From the IMG/VR virus record IMGVR_UViG_3300020419_000859: a stretch of 64,000 nucleotides of DNA; one strand, 5' to 3'. Of the stretch, positions 27,561 through 37,857 are shown piece by piece. Under the pieces are notes generated by a model. The model was given only the letters and a program-made list of their open reading frames with translations. It had not been told where the DNA came from and searched no databases. The DNA is from a virus. The position numbers and the translations under genes are program-made. Within the stretch, counting starts at the first letter, position 1. Each line of letters starts with the position of its first letter.

Positions 27561-28586
27561 ATGAGTGATTTTTTGAAAGACATTATTAAAGAAAGTGGTA
27601 ATGAATATGCAGGCCTAGTTAGTGATGGTATTGATTCGGCAGATGTAACCGGTTTTATAGATACTGGTTCTTATTCGTTTAACGCTTTATTATCAGGTAG
27701 TATCTTTGGTGGTCTACCTTCAAACAAAATTACAGCAATCGCTGGAGAAGCTGCAACAGGTAAAACTTTCTTTGCATTAGGTATTGTAAAGAATTTTTTA
27801 GACATTAATAAAGATGGTGGAGTAATCTACTTTGAATCTGAAAGTGCTATCTCAAAAGACATGATTGAAAGTCGTGGTGTAGATAGTAAAAGAATGGTAG
27901 TTGTACCAGTTGCTACAGTACAAGAATTTAGAAATCAATCAATTAAAATAGTTGACAAATATCTAGAACAACCAGAGTCAGGTAGAAAACCTTTGATGTT
28001 TGTTCTTGACAGTTTAGGTATGTTATCTACTACAAAAGAAATGGAAGATACAGCCGCTGGTAAAGAAACTAGAGATATGACAAGATCACAAATTGTCAAG
28101 TCAACGTTTAGAGTATTGACACTTAAATTAGGTAAAGCAAATATACCTATGATTATGACCAATCACACTTATGACGTGATAGGTTCCATGTTTCCACAAA
28201 AAGAAATGGGCGGAGGTTCAGGTTTAAAATACGCTGCCTCATCTATTATCTACCTAGGTAAAAGAAAAGAAAAAGACGGTACAGAGGTAGTTGGTAATAT
28301 TGTTCATTGTAAAAATTATAAATCTAGATTAACAAAAGAAAATGCACAAATAGACGTAAAACTAACATACAAATACGGTCTTGACAAGTACTATGGTCTT
28401 TTAGATATGGCTGAAAAAGCAGGTATCTTTAAGAAAGTATCTACAAGATTTGAAATGCCAGATGGTGCTAAAGTGTTTGGTAAGTCTATTAATGATGATC
28501 CAGAAAAATATTTTACAAAAGAGGTATTAAAACAAATAGATGAATACGCCAACAAAAAATTCAGATACGGATCAGACGAAGAATAA
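27561..28586 (+). CDS. uvsX: RecA-like recombinase UvsX
   Basis: [32 protein letters not shown]. Confidence 0.96.
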   Translation: MSDFLKDIIKESGNEYAGLVSDGIDSADVTGFIDTGSYSFNALLSGSIFGGLPSNKITAIAGEAATGKTFFALGIVKNFLDINKDGGVIYFESESAISKDMIESRGVDSKRMVVVPVATVQEFRNQSIKIVDKYLEQPESGRKPLMFVLDSLGMLSTTKEMEDTAAGKETRDMTRSQIVKSTFRVLTLKLGKANIPMIMTNHTYDVIGSMFPQKEMGGGSGLKYAASSIIYLGKRKEKDGTEVVGNIVHCKNYKSRLTKENAQIDVKLTYKYGLDKYYGLLDMAEKAGIFKKVSTRFEMPDGAKVFGKSINDDPEKYFTKEVLKQIDEYANKKFRYGSDEE

Positions 28587-28860
28587 AAAGTTTGTATATG
28601 CACAAAAGACAGGTGCAGATTACACAGCTATAAAATTACTTGAATCAAAATACAGAAATGTAATTTACAAGTATGGTAAAGTTGCGTTTGCTAAAGAAGA
28701 AGACGACAAAGGTAACTTGCCAATGAAGTTTGATTATGATATATTAAGTAATCCCGAAGACAAAGATATAGACAATCAAGAGTTTATAGATTACATTGGC
28801 GATATATTAATTGAGGTAATGGAAGAACAACTTAACGCAGGCAAGGTAGAATTTGAATAA
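28540..28860 (+). CDS. Probable gp40 head-assembly chaperone-like protein
   Basis: uvsX-gp41 position as for T4 gp40; [10 protein letters not shown]...MKFDY pattern. Confidence 0.55.
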   Translation: MNTPTKNSDTDQTKNKKFVYAQKTGADYTAIKLLESKYRNVIYKYGKVAFAKEEDDKGNLPMKFDYDILSNPEDKDIDNQEFIDYIGDILIEVMEEQLNAGKVEFE

Positions 28861-30220
28861 CGAAAGAATAGAACTAACTATATTAAGAAACCTTATGTAC
28901 AATGAGCCGTACATGAGAAAAGCAATACCGTTTTTAAAAGAATTATATTTTTCTAACAGATCAGAAAATATATTGTTTACAGAAATAAATTCTTTCGTAG
29001 AAAAGTATAATAATTTACCTACAAAAGAAACTATACTTGTTGAAATGGGTCATAGAAAAGACCTGAACGATGATGAAGTTAGAAATACAAAAGAACTATT
29101 ATCTACAATAAGTCCTGAAGATGTTGATCAACAATGGTTGGTAGATACAACAGAAAAATTTTGTAAAGATCGTGCTGTTCACAATGCAGTATTAGACGGT
29201 ATTAAAATATTAGATAAGAAAGATAGTAAAAGATCGCCAGAGGCTATACCAAGTATATTGGCTGACGCATTAGCAGTATCTTTTGACAATCATATAGGTC
29301 ACGATTATTTAAATGATAGTGAAGAACGATACAAATGGTATCATACTAAAGAGAAAAAGTTTCAGTTTGATTTAAGTTATTTCAATAGAATTACAAAAGG
29401 TGGTGTACCTAGTAAAACATTAAACATAGCACTTGCAGGTACAGGTGTTGGTAAATCTTTGTTTATGTGTCACGTGGCTGCTAGTTTCCTTGCACAAGGA
29501 CAAAATGTATTGTATATAACTTTAGAAATGGCAGAGGAAAGAATTGCAGAAAGAATAGACGCAAACTTATTAGATGTATCTATGGATGACCTACATGCCA
29601 TGCCTCAACAAATGTACCATGACAGATTACAAAAGGTACAAGATAAGACTAAAGGTCAATTAATTATCAAAGAATATCCAACGGCGTCTGCTCATAGTGG
29701 ACATTTTAGAGCATTGTTAAATGAATTATCATTAAAGAAATCTTTTAAACCACAAGTAGTGTTTATAGATTATTTAAACATATGTTCATCAAGTAGATTT
29801 AAAGGTGGTAATATATCATCTTACTTTTATATTAAGGCTATTGCTGAAGAATTAAGAGGTCTAGCAGTAGAGTTTGATTTGCCTATATTCAGTGCCACAC
29901 AAACAACAAGAACAGGTTTCGTAAGTACAGATATTGGTTTAGAAGATACGTCTGAAAGTTTTGGTTTACCAGCAACTGCTGACTTTATGTTTGCCTTGAT
30001 GTCAAACGAAGAACTAGAACAACTAGGTCAGATGAAAGTAAAACAATTGAAAAACAGATATAATGATCCATCTTTTCATAGGTCATTTATAATTGGTGTA
30101 GATAGATCAAAAATGAAATTATATGATGTGGAAAATAACGCACAAAATATAGTAGACAAGGGAACTGAAACGAAAAAGGTAGATAATCCTTATGATAAGT
30201 TTTCAGATTTTAAAGTATAA
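28853..30220 (+). CDS. gp41: Replicative helicase gp41
   Basis: AGTGVGKS, ITLEM, FIDYL, SATQTTR, SESFGLP, LKNRY. Confidence 0.97.
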   Translation: MNNERIELTILRNLMYNEPYMRKAIPFLKELYFSNRSENILFTEINSFVEKYNNLPTKETILVEMGHRKDLNDDEVRNTKELLSTISPEDVDQQWLVDTTEKFCKDRAVHNAVLDGIKILDKKDSKRSPEAIPSILADALAVSFDNHIGHDYLNDSEERYKWYHTKEKKFQFDLSYFNRITKGGVPSKTLNIALAGTGVGKSLFMCHVAASFLAQGQNVLYITLEMAEERIAERIDANLLDVSMDDLHAMPQQMYHDRLQKVQDKTKGQLIIKEYPTASAHSGHFRALLNELSLKKSFKPQVVFIDYLNICSSSRFKGGNISSYFYIKAIAEELRGLAVEFDLPIFSATQTTRTGFVSTDIGLEDTSESFGLPATADFMFALMSNEELEQLGQMKVKQLKNRYNDPSFHRSFIIGVDRSKMKLYDVENNAQNIVDKGTETKKVDNPYDKFSDFKV

Positions 30221-30492
30221 TGGCTAAAAAACAAAAAGTAAGATTTCAAAAAGGTGATAAGAGACCTAGATCAGACAAAGATTACGATAAGTTATCTTAC
30301 ACTAAAAAGATGGTTAAGAAAGGCCGTAAGATATTATGGCAAGTAAAAGAAAGACCTACAAATAATATAGTAGGAACATATTTCTTTGAGGAAGACGCAG
30401 ACAGATTAGTAAAATTTCAAAATAAACATAGAGTTTGGGAGTTAAACGGTGGCATACCTAAATTTTTATGGTGCAATGGCGAGGTTAAATAA
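30220..30492 (+). CDS. Basic hypothetical protein
   Basis: Translationally coupled to gp41. Confidence 0.6.
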   Translation: MAKKQKVRFQKGDKRPRSDKDYDKLSYTKKMVKKGRKILWQVKERPTNNIVGTYFFEEDADRLVKFQNKHRVWELNGGIPKFLWCNGEVK

Positions 30493-30505
30493 CTTGCCTT
30501 TCTCT

Positions 30506-30513
30506 TATAAATA
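30506..30513 (+). promoter_or_regulatory. T4-type late promoter
   Basis: TATAAATA shortly upstream of ATG 30529. Confidence 0.7.
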
Positions 30514-30528
30514 TGTTATGAGAGAAAT

Positions 30529-31950
30529 ATGGCATATAATTTAGCAACACTATCAACGTTAACACAACACGTACCGTCTAATATAAAGAAAGATTTTACA
30601 TCTTTACTATCAATGATGGTAGAGGGTGCATATTATGGTGATGATTCTCCTGTCACAAAATCTAAAGTCTACATAGTAAAAGTATCGCCAGACAATTTAA
30701 AAAAAGTTTTACCTATACTAGAAAAAAAGTATACTGCTAAGGTACAATCAGGTGCCAAGAAACAAGCAGACTTCATAGTACAAGATTATAAGATTAGATT
30801 TATAGAAACAGGTAAGAAGTCAGTAAAACAATTAGACGCACAAGTCACAGCAAAACAAGAAAATGCCTCACTTTGGATTATAAGAAGAGCATTAAAAGAT
30901 AATATTAAGTATAAGTGTCCTGAAGATATATCTAAAGACAAAAAATTTAAAGAATTGGTTACAATATATCCTGACGTGGTAGAAGATGAATGGTTAGATA
31001 ATTTCTTTGCACAACAGAAAAAAATATTAGAAGTGTTTAGAGGTAAATCATGGACAGAATATAACAGAGACGGTGGTTTTATGGATTATATTTCTAACTT
31101 AATAAGAGATAAGTTTAAGATTTCAAAAAAAGATAGTTGGAACCCTGCTGATATATGGTTAATTAAAAATGAAAACGATGTTAGAAGAACTATTAACAAT
31201 GCAATGACAGGAAAGTCAGTATCTATATCTAAATTAAATGATGTGATGAAAACTTTATATAGTCAATATAAACTTGCAGGTATATCATTAAAAAAAGTTT
31301 CAGGTAAAGAAGCTAGATATGAAGAAGTAAATACTAAAAATGCATTGATGAAAGACGCTAAGTTTACCATGAAGTTAGATAGATCAGTTATGAAAATGGG
31401 TAACAAGTCAGATAAAACTTTAGTGTCTGCTGATATGAGAATAGATATAAAATCTGCTAACGATGTTTGCGAGTTTCAAGTTAGACAAAACGGAAAAGGA
31501 TTTAATCAGAATTTAAAATTTGATGGTAAATTTAAAGGTGCTGGTGCAGCTCGTATAGGAAAAGTACCATTAGATTTACTAGCAAGATTAATGTCAGAGT
31601 ATGGTATAGGAAATAATAGTAAGTTATTCTTTGTGAATAATCATAATTTATATCCTAAATCATTGGCTGCTTTTGACAAGGTCAAGTCGGTTTACCTAAA
31701 ACGATTTAAGATAGTAAATAGAAAAACAGAAACGGGTATTGCAGACAGTAAATTTATTGAAACTATGATAAAATCATATAACAGTAATGACCTAAAGAAC
31801 GGTGTATCACATACTAAACTAATGGAACTAGACTTTTTATACTGTATATACTCTATACCACAAGCAAAAAGAGACAGAATGTTGACAGATATGGTATTTT
31901 TAGCAGAGAAAAGAGGGTCACAATTTGGTCCATTTGGCAAGTTGTATTAG
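30529..31950 (+). CDS. Putative PD-(D/E)XK nuclease-fold protein
   Basis: DSWNPADIWL...LAGISLKK (PD...SxK variant). Confidence 0.5.
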   Translation: MAYNLATLSTLTQHVPSNIKKDFTSLLSMMVEGAYYGDDSPVTKSKVYIVKVSPDNLKKVLPILEKKYTAKVQSGAKKQADFIVQDYKIRFIETGKKSVKQLDAQVTAKQENASLWIIRRALKDNIKYKCPEDISKDKKFKELVTIYPDVVEDEWLDNFFAQQKKILEVFRGKSWTEYNRDGGFMDYISNLIRDKFKISKKDSWNPADIWLIKNENDVRRTINNAMTGKSVSISKLNDVMKTLYSQYKLAGISLKKVSGKEARYEEVNTKNALMKDAKFTMKLDRSVMKMGNKSDKTLVSADMRIDIKSANDVCEFQVRQNGKGFNQNLKFDGKFKGAGAARIGKVPLDLLARLMSEYGIGNNSKLFFVNNHNLYPKSLAAFDKVKSVYLKRFKIVNRKTETGIADSKFIETMIKSYNSNDLKNGVSHTKLMELDFLYCIYSIPQAKRDRMLTDMVFLAEKRGSQFGPFGKLY

Positions 31951-31958
31951 TATAAATA
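31951..31958 (+). promoter_or_regulatory. T4-type late promoter
   Basis: TATAAATA heading the 32019-41073 block. Confidence 0.75.
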
Positions 31959-32018
31959 TAAGTACATTGATATATTGAATGAGAAAGTGAATTAATTTAT
32001 GGATAAAATGAGAGAAAA

Positions 32019-33239
32019 ATGTTTAATTTTAAAGGTTTCATAACAAAAGAAAAAAACACACATTTAGAACATCTTGAAGATGATATAATCAACAGAGGTG
32101 CTAGAGGTGGAGAGAACGCTGTAAAGTTTCTAAAATCAATTAGAAACATGTTAGCAGGATCTTCTGGTGCCAAAGTAAATATGTCTGTCAAGTGGGACGG
32201 TGCGCCTGCTATAGTGTGTGGTATAAATCCAGAAAACGGCAAATTCTTTGTCGGTACTAAATCAGTATTCAACGCAAAACCAAAAATCAATTATACACCA
32301 GGTGATATAAGAACTAATCATAGTGGACCTGTTGCAGATAAATTAAATGTTTGTTTAAGAGAATTAAAAAAATTAAGAATTACAGGTATCTATCAAGGCG
32401 ATTTACTCTTTACAAATGATACAAAGATACAGAATATAGATGGTGAGGCTATGATAACTTTTACACCAAATACAATTACATATGCAACACCAGTAAATTC
32501 TTCTTTAGGTAGAAAAATAAGAAGAGCAAGAATGGGAATAGTATTTCATACAAGTTATACAGGTAAAGATATGAAAAGTTTAGGTGCTGGTTTTGGCACT
32601 ATATCTGGTAGATCAGGTAGTACATCGGTATTTTTAGCAAGTGCTGGCTATACAGATACTTCCGGTTCATCTACGTTTACTAGTGGTGAACTATCTAGAT
32701 TTGATGGTTTAATTAGAATGGCTGAAGGCTCTTTAGGTAAAGCGTCTACTATATTAAATGAAATGTCAAGATCAAATGATTCTTTATCAGTTGGTTTTAG
32801 ACTAAAGGCTTTCTTTAATCATTATATTAGAAACACACAAGGTCACATGGGTAAGGTAAAAACTTTACAAAAAATGTTTAGAGATTATTATACTAATATT
32901 TTAACGGAAGAAATAGCAAATAGAAAAACACCAAAAGGTAAACAAAAATACAAAGATTTATTAGATACTAATTTAAAATTTATAGATAGAAACGAACAAT
33001 CATTATACTTTGCAATTGCGTCACATGTAAGTTTAGGTAATGCAAAGAACTTTTTAATATCAAAACTATCTCAAATACAAAGTATCGGCCATTTTATTAG
33101 AACATCAAACGGTTATAAAGTAACCAATCCAGAGGGTTATGTTGCAGTAAGCAGATCAGCTGGTGCAATTAAATTAGTAGACAGATTAGAATTTAGTAGA
33201 GCAAACTTTACTATTGCTAAAGATTGGGTAAAAGGATAA
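32019..33239 (+). CDS. Covalent nucleotidyltransferase (RNA ligase-like), conserved in marine T4-likes
   Basis: Motif I VKWDG, motif III-like YQGDLL, motif IV PEGYV and motif V IKLV in ligase order. Confidence 0.6.
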   Translation: MFNFKGFITKEKNTHLEHLEDDIINRGARGGENAVKFLKSIRNMLAGSSGAKVNMSVKWDGAPAIVCGINPENGKFFVGTKSVFNAKPKINYTPGDIRTNHSGPVADKLNVCLRELKKLRITGIYQGDLLFTNDTKIQNIDGEAMITFTPNTITYATPVNSSLGRKIRRARMGIVFHTSYTGKDMKSLGAGFGTISGRSGSTSVFLASAGYTDTSGSSTFTSGELSRFDGLIRMAEGSLGKASTILNEMSRSNDSLSVGFRLKAFFNHYIRNTQGHMGKVKTLQKMFRDYYTNILTEEIANRKTPKGKQKYKDLLDTNLKFIDRNEQSLYFAIASHVSLGNAKNFLISKLSQIQSIGHFIRTSNGYKVTNPEGYVAVSRSAGAIKLVDRLEFSRANFTIAKDWVKG

Positions 33240-33820
33240 TGATAGGATTTAAAGATTATATATTTAAGTTTCTAGAAGAAAAAAGACAGCCAAAGATTAT
33301 TTTAATAGGTGGTCCAGGTAGTGGCAAATCTACTTACGCTAAATTTTTAGTAAAAGAATTTAATATAGATCACATATATCCTGGTGATTTATTAAGAAAA
33401 GAAAAACAAAGTGGTAGTGAAATGGGTAAAAGACTTAATTTAGGTAAAGGAGACTTTGCTCCGAATGACATAGTTAAGAAACTTGTATTTGACGCAGTTG
33501 ATAAAGCAGATGGTTTTGTATTTGATGGTTATCCAAGATACATGCAACAAGTCAAAGACATGAACAATAAAGGTATAGTAATTAATAATATAGTATATTT
33601 AAATGTAAGTGAGGAAGAAGTTATAAGAAGATTAACAGCTAGAGGTAGAGCTGATGATAAACCTGAAGTTATTAAACATAGAATAGAACTATATCAAAAA
33701 GAAACAGGTCCGGTAATTGAACACTATAGAGATCATGCCGGTTTTATAGAGATCAAAGCTGAAGGCGCAGAGCCGGAAGAGATCGCAAAACAAATAATAA
33801 ATAAGGTTAAAAACAAATGA
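33239..33820 (+). CDS. adk: Adenylate kinase (short LID)
   Basis: GGPGSGKST, GDLLR, FDGYPR, RGRADD; ATG 33239 with AAGGA SD. Confidence 0.92.
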   Translation: MIGFKDYIFKFLEEKRQPKIILIGGPGSGKSTYAKFLVKEFNIDHIYPGDLLRKEKQSGSEMGKRLNLGKGDFAPNDIVKKLVFDAVDKADGFVFDGYPRYMQQVKDMNNKGIVINNIVYLNVSEEEVIRRLTARGRADDKPEVIKHRIELYQKETGPVIEHYRDHAGFIEIKAEGAEPEEIAKQIINKVKNK

Positions 33821-34173
33821 AAACTTTTAAAGAATATGAAAACAAATTAGATGAGATAGATTCTATTTGTGAGAATATGAAATACGATGACCTTGTGGTT
33901 GAAGAATCTGAGCATGAGGGCAAGAAAGTAAAATTAAATAATCCTGTTCGTTCAAGTGATGGTAAAAAGAAATTTTACGTTTACGTTAAGAACGAAAAGG
34001 GCAACGTAGTTAAGGTTGGCTTTGGTGATCCAAATATGGAAATCAAAAGAGACGACCCTAACCGAAGAAAGAATTTTAGAGCGAGACACAACTGTGCTAA
34101 TCCAGGTCCGAAATGGAAAGCAAGATACTGGAGTTGTTATCAGTGGAGAGCTGGCGCTAAAGTAGACAACTAA
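33817..34173 (+). CDS. Hypothetical protein with an internal-protein-like N-terminus
   Basis: MKTFKEYE start; KVGFGDP...RRKNFRARHNC...ARYWSC. Confidence 0.7.
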   Translation: MKTFKEYENKLDEIDSICENMKYDDLVVEESEHEGKKVKLNNPVRSSDGKKKFYVYVKNEKGNVVKVGFGDPNMEIKRDDPNRRKNFRARHNCANPGPKWKARYWSCYQWRAGAKVDN

Positions 34174-34186
34174 TAGGAGTAATATA

Positions 34187-34861
34187 ATGTATATAAAAGG
34201 TGGAATGAAAAAACTATCAAAAGCGATTGCAAAATCTACCAAAGAGAGTTTGGATAGAGAAATAGCAATAGCAGAAAAGGAGCAACAGATGATGGACGAA
34301 GCAAATGGTATCAAGTTTCCTACAAATCCAAGTGTAGGCGATACTGTAGAAGCACCAGAACCTGTGCTAAATGAAGATAGAAAAGGAGTTGATCTAGCAG
34401 ATGGATCAAAACTTGAGGACATGTCAATAAAAGAAAAATTAGGAACATGGTCTCATAACTTTTCTCAATTAGAGGAAAAAGAAAAATTTTACTATTTACT
34501 TGAACAAGGTAAAGGTATAATTGAACTTGATGAATCTAAAAGAATTAACGGATACAGAATACATGGTTGTGTCAGCCAAGTTTGGATGATACCGTCTTTG
34601 AAAGAAGACAAAATGTTATTTGAAGTAGACGCTGATTCACATGAGGCAAGAGGTGTGATGTATATTCTACAAAACATAATGTCTGGCCACACACCAAAAG
34701 AAATTTTGGAAGTGACAGATGACGATATCGTAGATATAGGTTTCTATGGTGTATTAACTGAAAGAAGACGAAAAGGTGTTTTTGTAGTTATGCAGGCAAT
34801 AAGAACTTATGCTAAAGATATGGAAGAAATACTAGACGAGGCGGCTAAAGCACAAGGTTAA
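34187..34861 (+). CDS. sufE: SufE/CsdE sulfur-acceptor protein with an N-terminal extension
   Basis: RIHGCVSQVW (conserved Cys), DADS, SGHTPKEIL, LTERRRKG. Confidence 0.85.
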   Translation: MYIKGGMKKLSKAIAKSTKESLDREIAIAEKEQQMMDEANGIKFPTNPSVGDTVEAPEPVLNEDRKGVDLADGSKLEDMSIKEKLGTWSHNFSQLEEKEKFYYLLEQGKGIIELDESKRINGYRIHGCVSQVWMIPSLKEDKMLFEVDADSHEARGVMYILQNIMSGHTPKEILEVTDDDIVDIGFYGVLTERRRKGVFVVMQAIRTYAKDMEEILDEAAKAQG

Positions 34862-34862
34862 T

Positions 34863-35555
34863 ATGAAAACACTAAAAGAAGTCACAGCATTTTTATCCGA
34901 GGGTGTATATGACCCAGGAATATTTAAAGCTTTCTTCTTAGCAGGTGGACCAGGCTCAGGCAAAACTTTTGTCACGAGTCAAGCCTTTGCAGGTACAGGT
35001 CTTAAAATAGTAAACTCTGATACAATCTTTGAAAGAGGATTGTTAAAGGCAAATTTATCTTTAAAAATGCCAGATGAGGAAGAATATTTTAGAAACATTG
35101 TACGAGCAAAAGCAAAGTTAACAGCCGGCTCGGCTTTAGATCAATATGTAAAAGGTAGATTGGGTTTAGTCATAGACGCAACAGGTCGTGATAAGACAGT
35201 TATAGGAAGACAACATTCTATGTTATCAGCACTTGGTTACGATTGTTATATGATATTCGTAAACACAAGTTTAGAGGTGGCCATGGAAAGAAACAAGACT
35301 AGATCAAGATCAATACCAGAATATATTGTAAAAAATAGTTGGAATAAAGTACAACAAAACATAGGGTCTTTTCAACATATGTTTAGGGCAAGTAATATGT
35401 TAATTATTGACAACAACAGATCAGAAGCTGAACTTGTTAGTAATACAATTAGAACTGCCTCATCATATATTAGAAGACAGATTAGAACTAATCCTAATAA
35501 CTATATTGCTAAACAATGGATAGCAAAAGAACTAGAGGCTAAAAAAAGAATATGA
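34863..35555 (+). CDS. P-loop kinase (zeta toxin/Pnk-kinase-like)
   Basis: FLAGGPGSGKT, VNSD, LVIDATG, RNKTRSRSIPE lid. Confidence 0.75.
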   Translation: MKTLKEVTAFLSEGVYDPGIFKAFFLAGGPGSGKTFVTSQAFAGTGLKIVNSDTIFERGLLKANLSLKMPDEEEYFRNIVRAKAKLTAGSALDQYVKGRLGLVIDATGRDKTVIGRQHSMLSALGYDCYMIFVNTSLEVAMERNKTRSRSIPEYIVKNSWNKVQQNIGSFQHMFRASNMLIIDNNRSEAELVSNTIRTASSYIRRQIRTNPNNYIAKQWIAKELEAKKRI

Positions 35556-37852
35556 AAACTTTTAAAGATTACTTAATCAAAGAGAGTATCATAGATATAC
35601 CAAGACGTACATACGCTCCTGGTGTATTTGATAATGCTGATAGTAAAGACCCTAAAATAAAACCAAGCGTGAAAAAATTAATTGATGATCAGATAAAAAT
35701 ATTTGAGAAAGAATATCCAGTAATTAAAACAGCATTAATAGGTTCTATACTTACAAAGAGATATAGAAATGACGCTGATCTGGACATTAATGTATTGTTT
35801 GACGTACCAAAAGACAAACAAGAAGACGAAAGAGTCAATCTTTCTCAAAAATATTTGTCAGCAAAAAATCCAAAAAACATACAAGGTAAGTTAATACCTG
35901 GCACTAAACATCCTATTAACTACTACTTTATAACAGATCAAAAAACATATGACGATCAGAATAAAAAGGCTGACGCAGTGTTTGATATAAACAACGATAA
36001 GTTTATAAAACGACCTGAAGATTTTACTTTTGATACAAACTTATATATCAAAGAGTTTGAAAGAAAAGTACAAGAGTTAGATGTAGTAAAAGGAGAATTA
36101 AAACGTGATATAATTGATTACCATGAATTAGTTGAATTACAACCAGATGATATATTAAACTTACAAGAAAAGATAAATGAAAAATTAGAAGAAATAGAAG
36201 ACAGTATTAAAGAGATAATAAAAATAGGTGATGATGTTGACGCAGATAGAAGAGCTGCATTTGCTGGTGATATGACACCAGATGAAATTAGAAAATATGG
36301 AGTTAAGAATAGATTACCTAAAAATGTTATCTACAAAATGTTAGAAAAATATCACTACTTAAAATTTTATAAGAAATGTAAAATGATATTAGATGATGGT
36401 AAGGTTACCGATGATGAGATAAAAAGTTTAACTAGTGAAGATATAGACAACATGAATGCAGAATCAATCGCTTCAGCATGGGACGATTTAATTAGAAGAA
36501 CATTTAGACGTAAAGAAATGGGAAGAGGTTTACAACTGTATGTAAAATATTTAAGACAAGGAATGAAAGACGCCAAAAATAAGGCAGCTCAACATGCTGG
36601 TATAGATTATGGTGTATTTGGAAAAGCAGTTAGAGACGCAGGACTTCCTGAAGAAGTAAACGAAGATTTAAGAAGACCTAGAAAATCAGTTGCATTTACT
36701 TTTGGTAGATTTAATCCACCAACTATAGGACATGAAAAACTTATTAAGAAAGTTAAATCAGTAAGAGCAAATGATCACAAAATTTATTTAAGTAGAAGTG
36801 AAGACAGTAAGAAAAATCCATTATCGCCTACACAAAAACTGGCGTATATGAAAAAAATGTTTCCTTCTCACGCAAGAAATATAGAGATAAACAAAACAAA
36901 CATGATATTGGATATAGCTACAACCTTACATAATAAAGGTTATACAGAAATCTTTATGGTTGTAGGTAGTGATAGAGTAAGAGAATTTGAAACAATATTA
37001 AACAAATATAACGATGTAAAATCAAGACATGGTTACTATAACTTTGATAACATAAATGTGTTATCGGCAGGCGAGAGAGATCCAGACGCAGAAGGAGCTA
37101 CAGGTATGTCAGCAAGTAAGATGAGAGCAGCTGCTAGTGCTAATGATCTATCTAGTTTTAAAAGAGGTTTACCTGGTGGTGTTGACGCCAACGCATTGAT
37201 GAAAGATGTAAGAAAAGGTATGAGATTGGCTGCCAGTATGGAATATAGTAATACGAACATGTTAACTATGGAACAATTTGATCAACAACAAATAAGAGAC
37301 CTATATTTAAGAGATATGATATTTAATATAGGAGAACATGTTGATTACACAAAACAGAATATACAAGGAACAGTTAAAAGAAAAGGTACAAACTATATTG
37401 TACTAGAAGATAACAATAATAATTTACACAAAGCATGGATTTGGGACTGTATACCAATAGCTTCTGATAAAGAGGTTGCAGTACGAGAACACAATTTAAA
37501 TATTGACTATGGCTTTGAGGCTATATCTGAAAAGAAATTTGCCGATTTAAAGAAAGAATTAACGATGAAATTAGAGAAAGAAGCGTTTGAAATAGGGCAT
37601 GATTATGCCAATCATACGAAAGAAATAACACCGGGAGAGAAGCCAGAAGCTAAACCAGTTGACGTTAAAGACAGAGGGTGGCCTACACAAGGTTACAAAG
37701 AGATAAAAGATGAGAAAATAAATGAAAAAGACGTAAATAATTGGGCTTCTGAAGCTGAAACAATAGATAAATATAAACAAAGATTTAAGGAGGAATGGAA
37801 AAGTAAGTTAGATGAGGCAGTAGTTAAGATGTTAAAAGACTTACAATCCTAA
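35552..37852 (+). CDS. Fusion of a Pol-beta-type nucleotidyltransferase and an HxGH cytidylyltransferase-like domain
   Basis: IGSILTKRYRNDADLDINV (hGS...DxD); FTFGRFNPPTIGHEKL, VVGSDR, MSASKMR. Confidence 0.8.
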   Translation: MKTFKDYLIKESIIDIPRRTYAPGVFDNADSKDPKIKPSVKKLIDDQIKIFEKEYPVIKTALIGSILTKRYRNDADLDINVLFDVPKDKQEDERVNLSQKYLSAKNPKNIQGKLIPGTKHPINYYFITDQKTYDDQNKKADAVFDINNDKFIKRPEDFTFDTNLYIKEFERKVQELDVVKGELKRDIIDYHELVELQPDDILNLQEKINEKLEEIEDSIKEIIKIGDDVDADRRAAFAGDMTPDEIRKYGVKNRLPKNVIYKMLEKYHYLKFYKKCKMILDDGKVTDDEIKSLTSEDIDNMNAESIASAWDDLIRRTFRRKEMGRGLQLYVKYLRQGMKDAKNKAAQHAGIDYGVFGKAVRDAGLPEEVNEDLRRPRKSVAFTFGRFNPPTIGHEKLIKKVKSVRANDHKIYLSRSEDSKKNPLSPTQKLAYMKKMFPSHARNIEINKTNMILDIATTLHNKGYTEIFMVVGSDRVREFETILNKYNDVKSRHGYYNFDNINVLSAGERDPDAEGATGMSASKMRAAASANDLSSFKRGLPGGVDANALMKDVRKGMRLAASMEYSNTNMLTMEQFDQQQIRDLYLRDMIFNIGEHVDYTKQNIQGTVKRKGTNYIVLEDNNNNLHKAWIWDCIPIASDKEVAVREHNLNIDYGFEAISEKKFADLKKELTMKLEKEAFEIGHDYANHTKEITPGEKPEAKPVDVKDRGWPTQGYKEIKDEKINEKDVNNWASEAETIDKYKQRFKEEWKSKLDEAVVKMLKDLQS

Positions 37853-37857
37853 TAGAC

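Noticed and set aside
35552-37852. CBASS/CD-NTase call for the Pol-beta domain
   Set aside because: Only the generic GS...DxD motif is visible, there is no adjacent Cap effector, and the architecture is not that of a CD-NTase.
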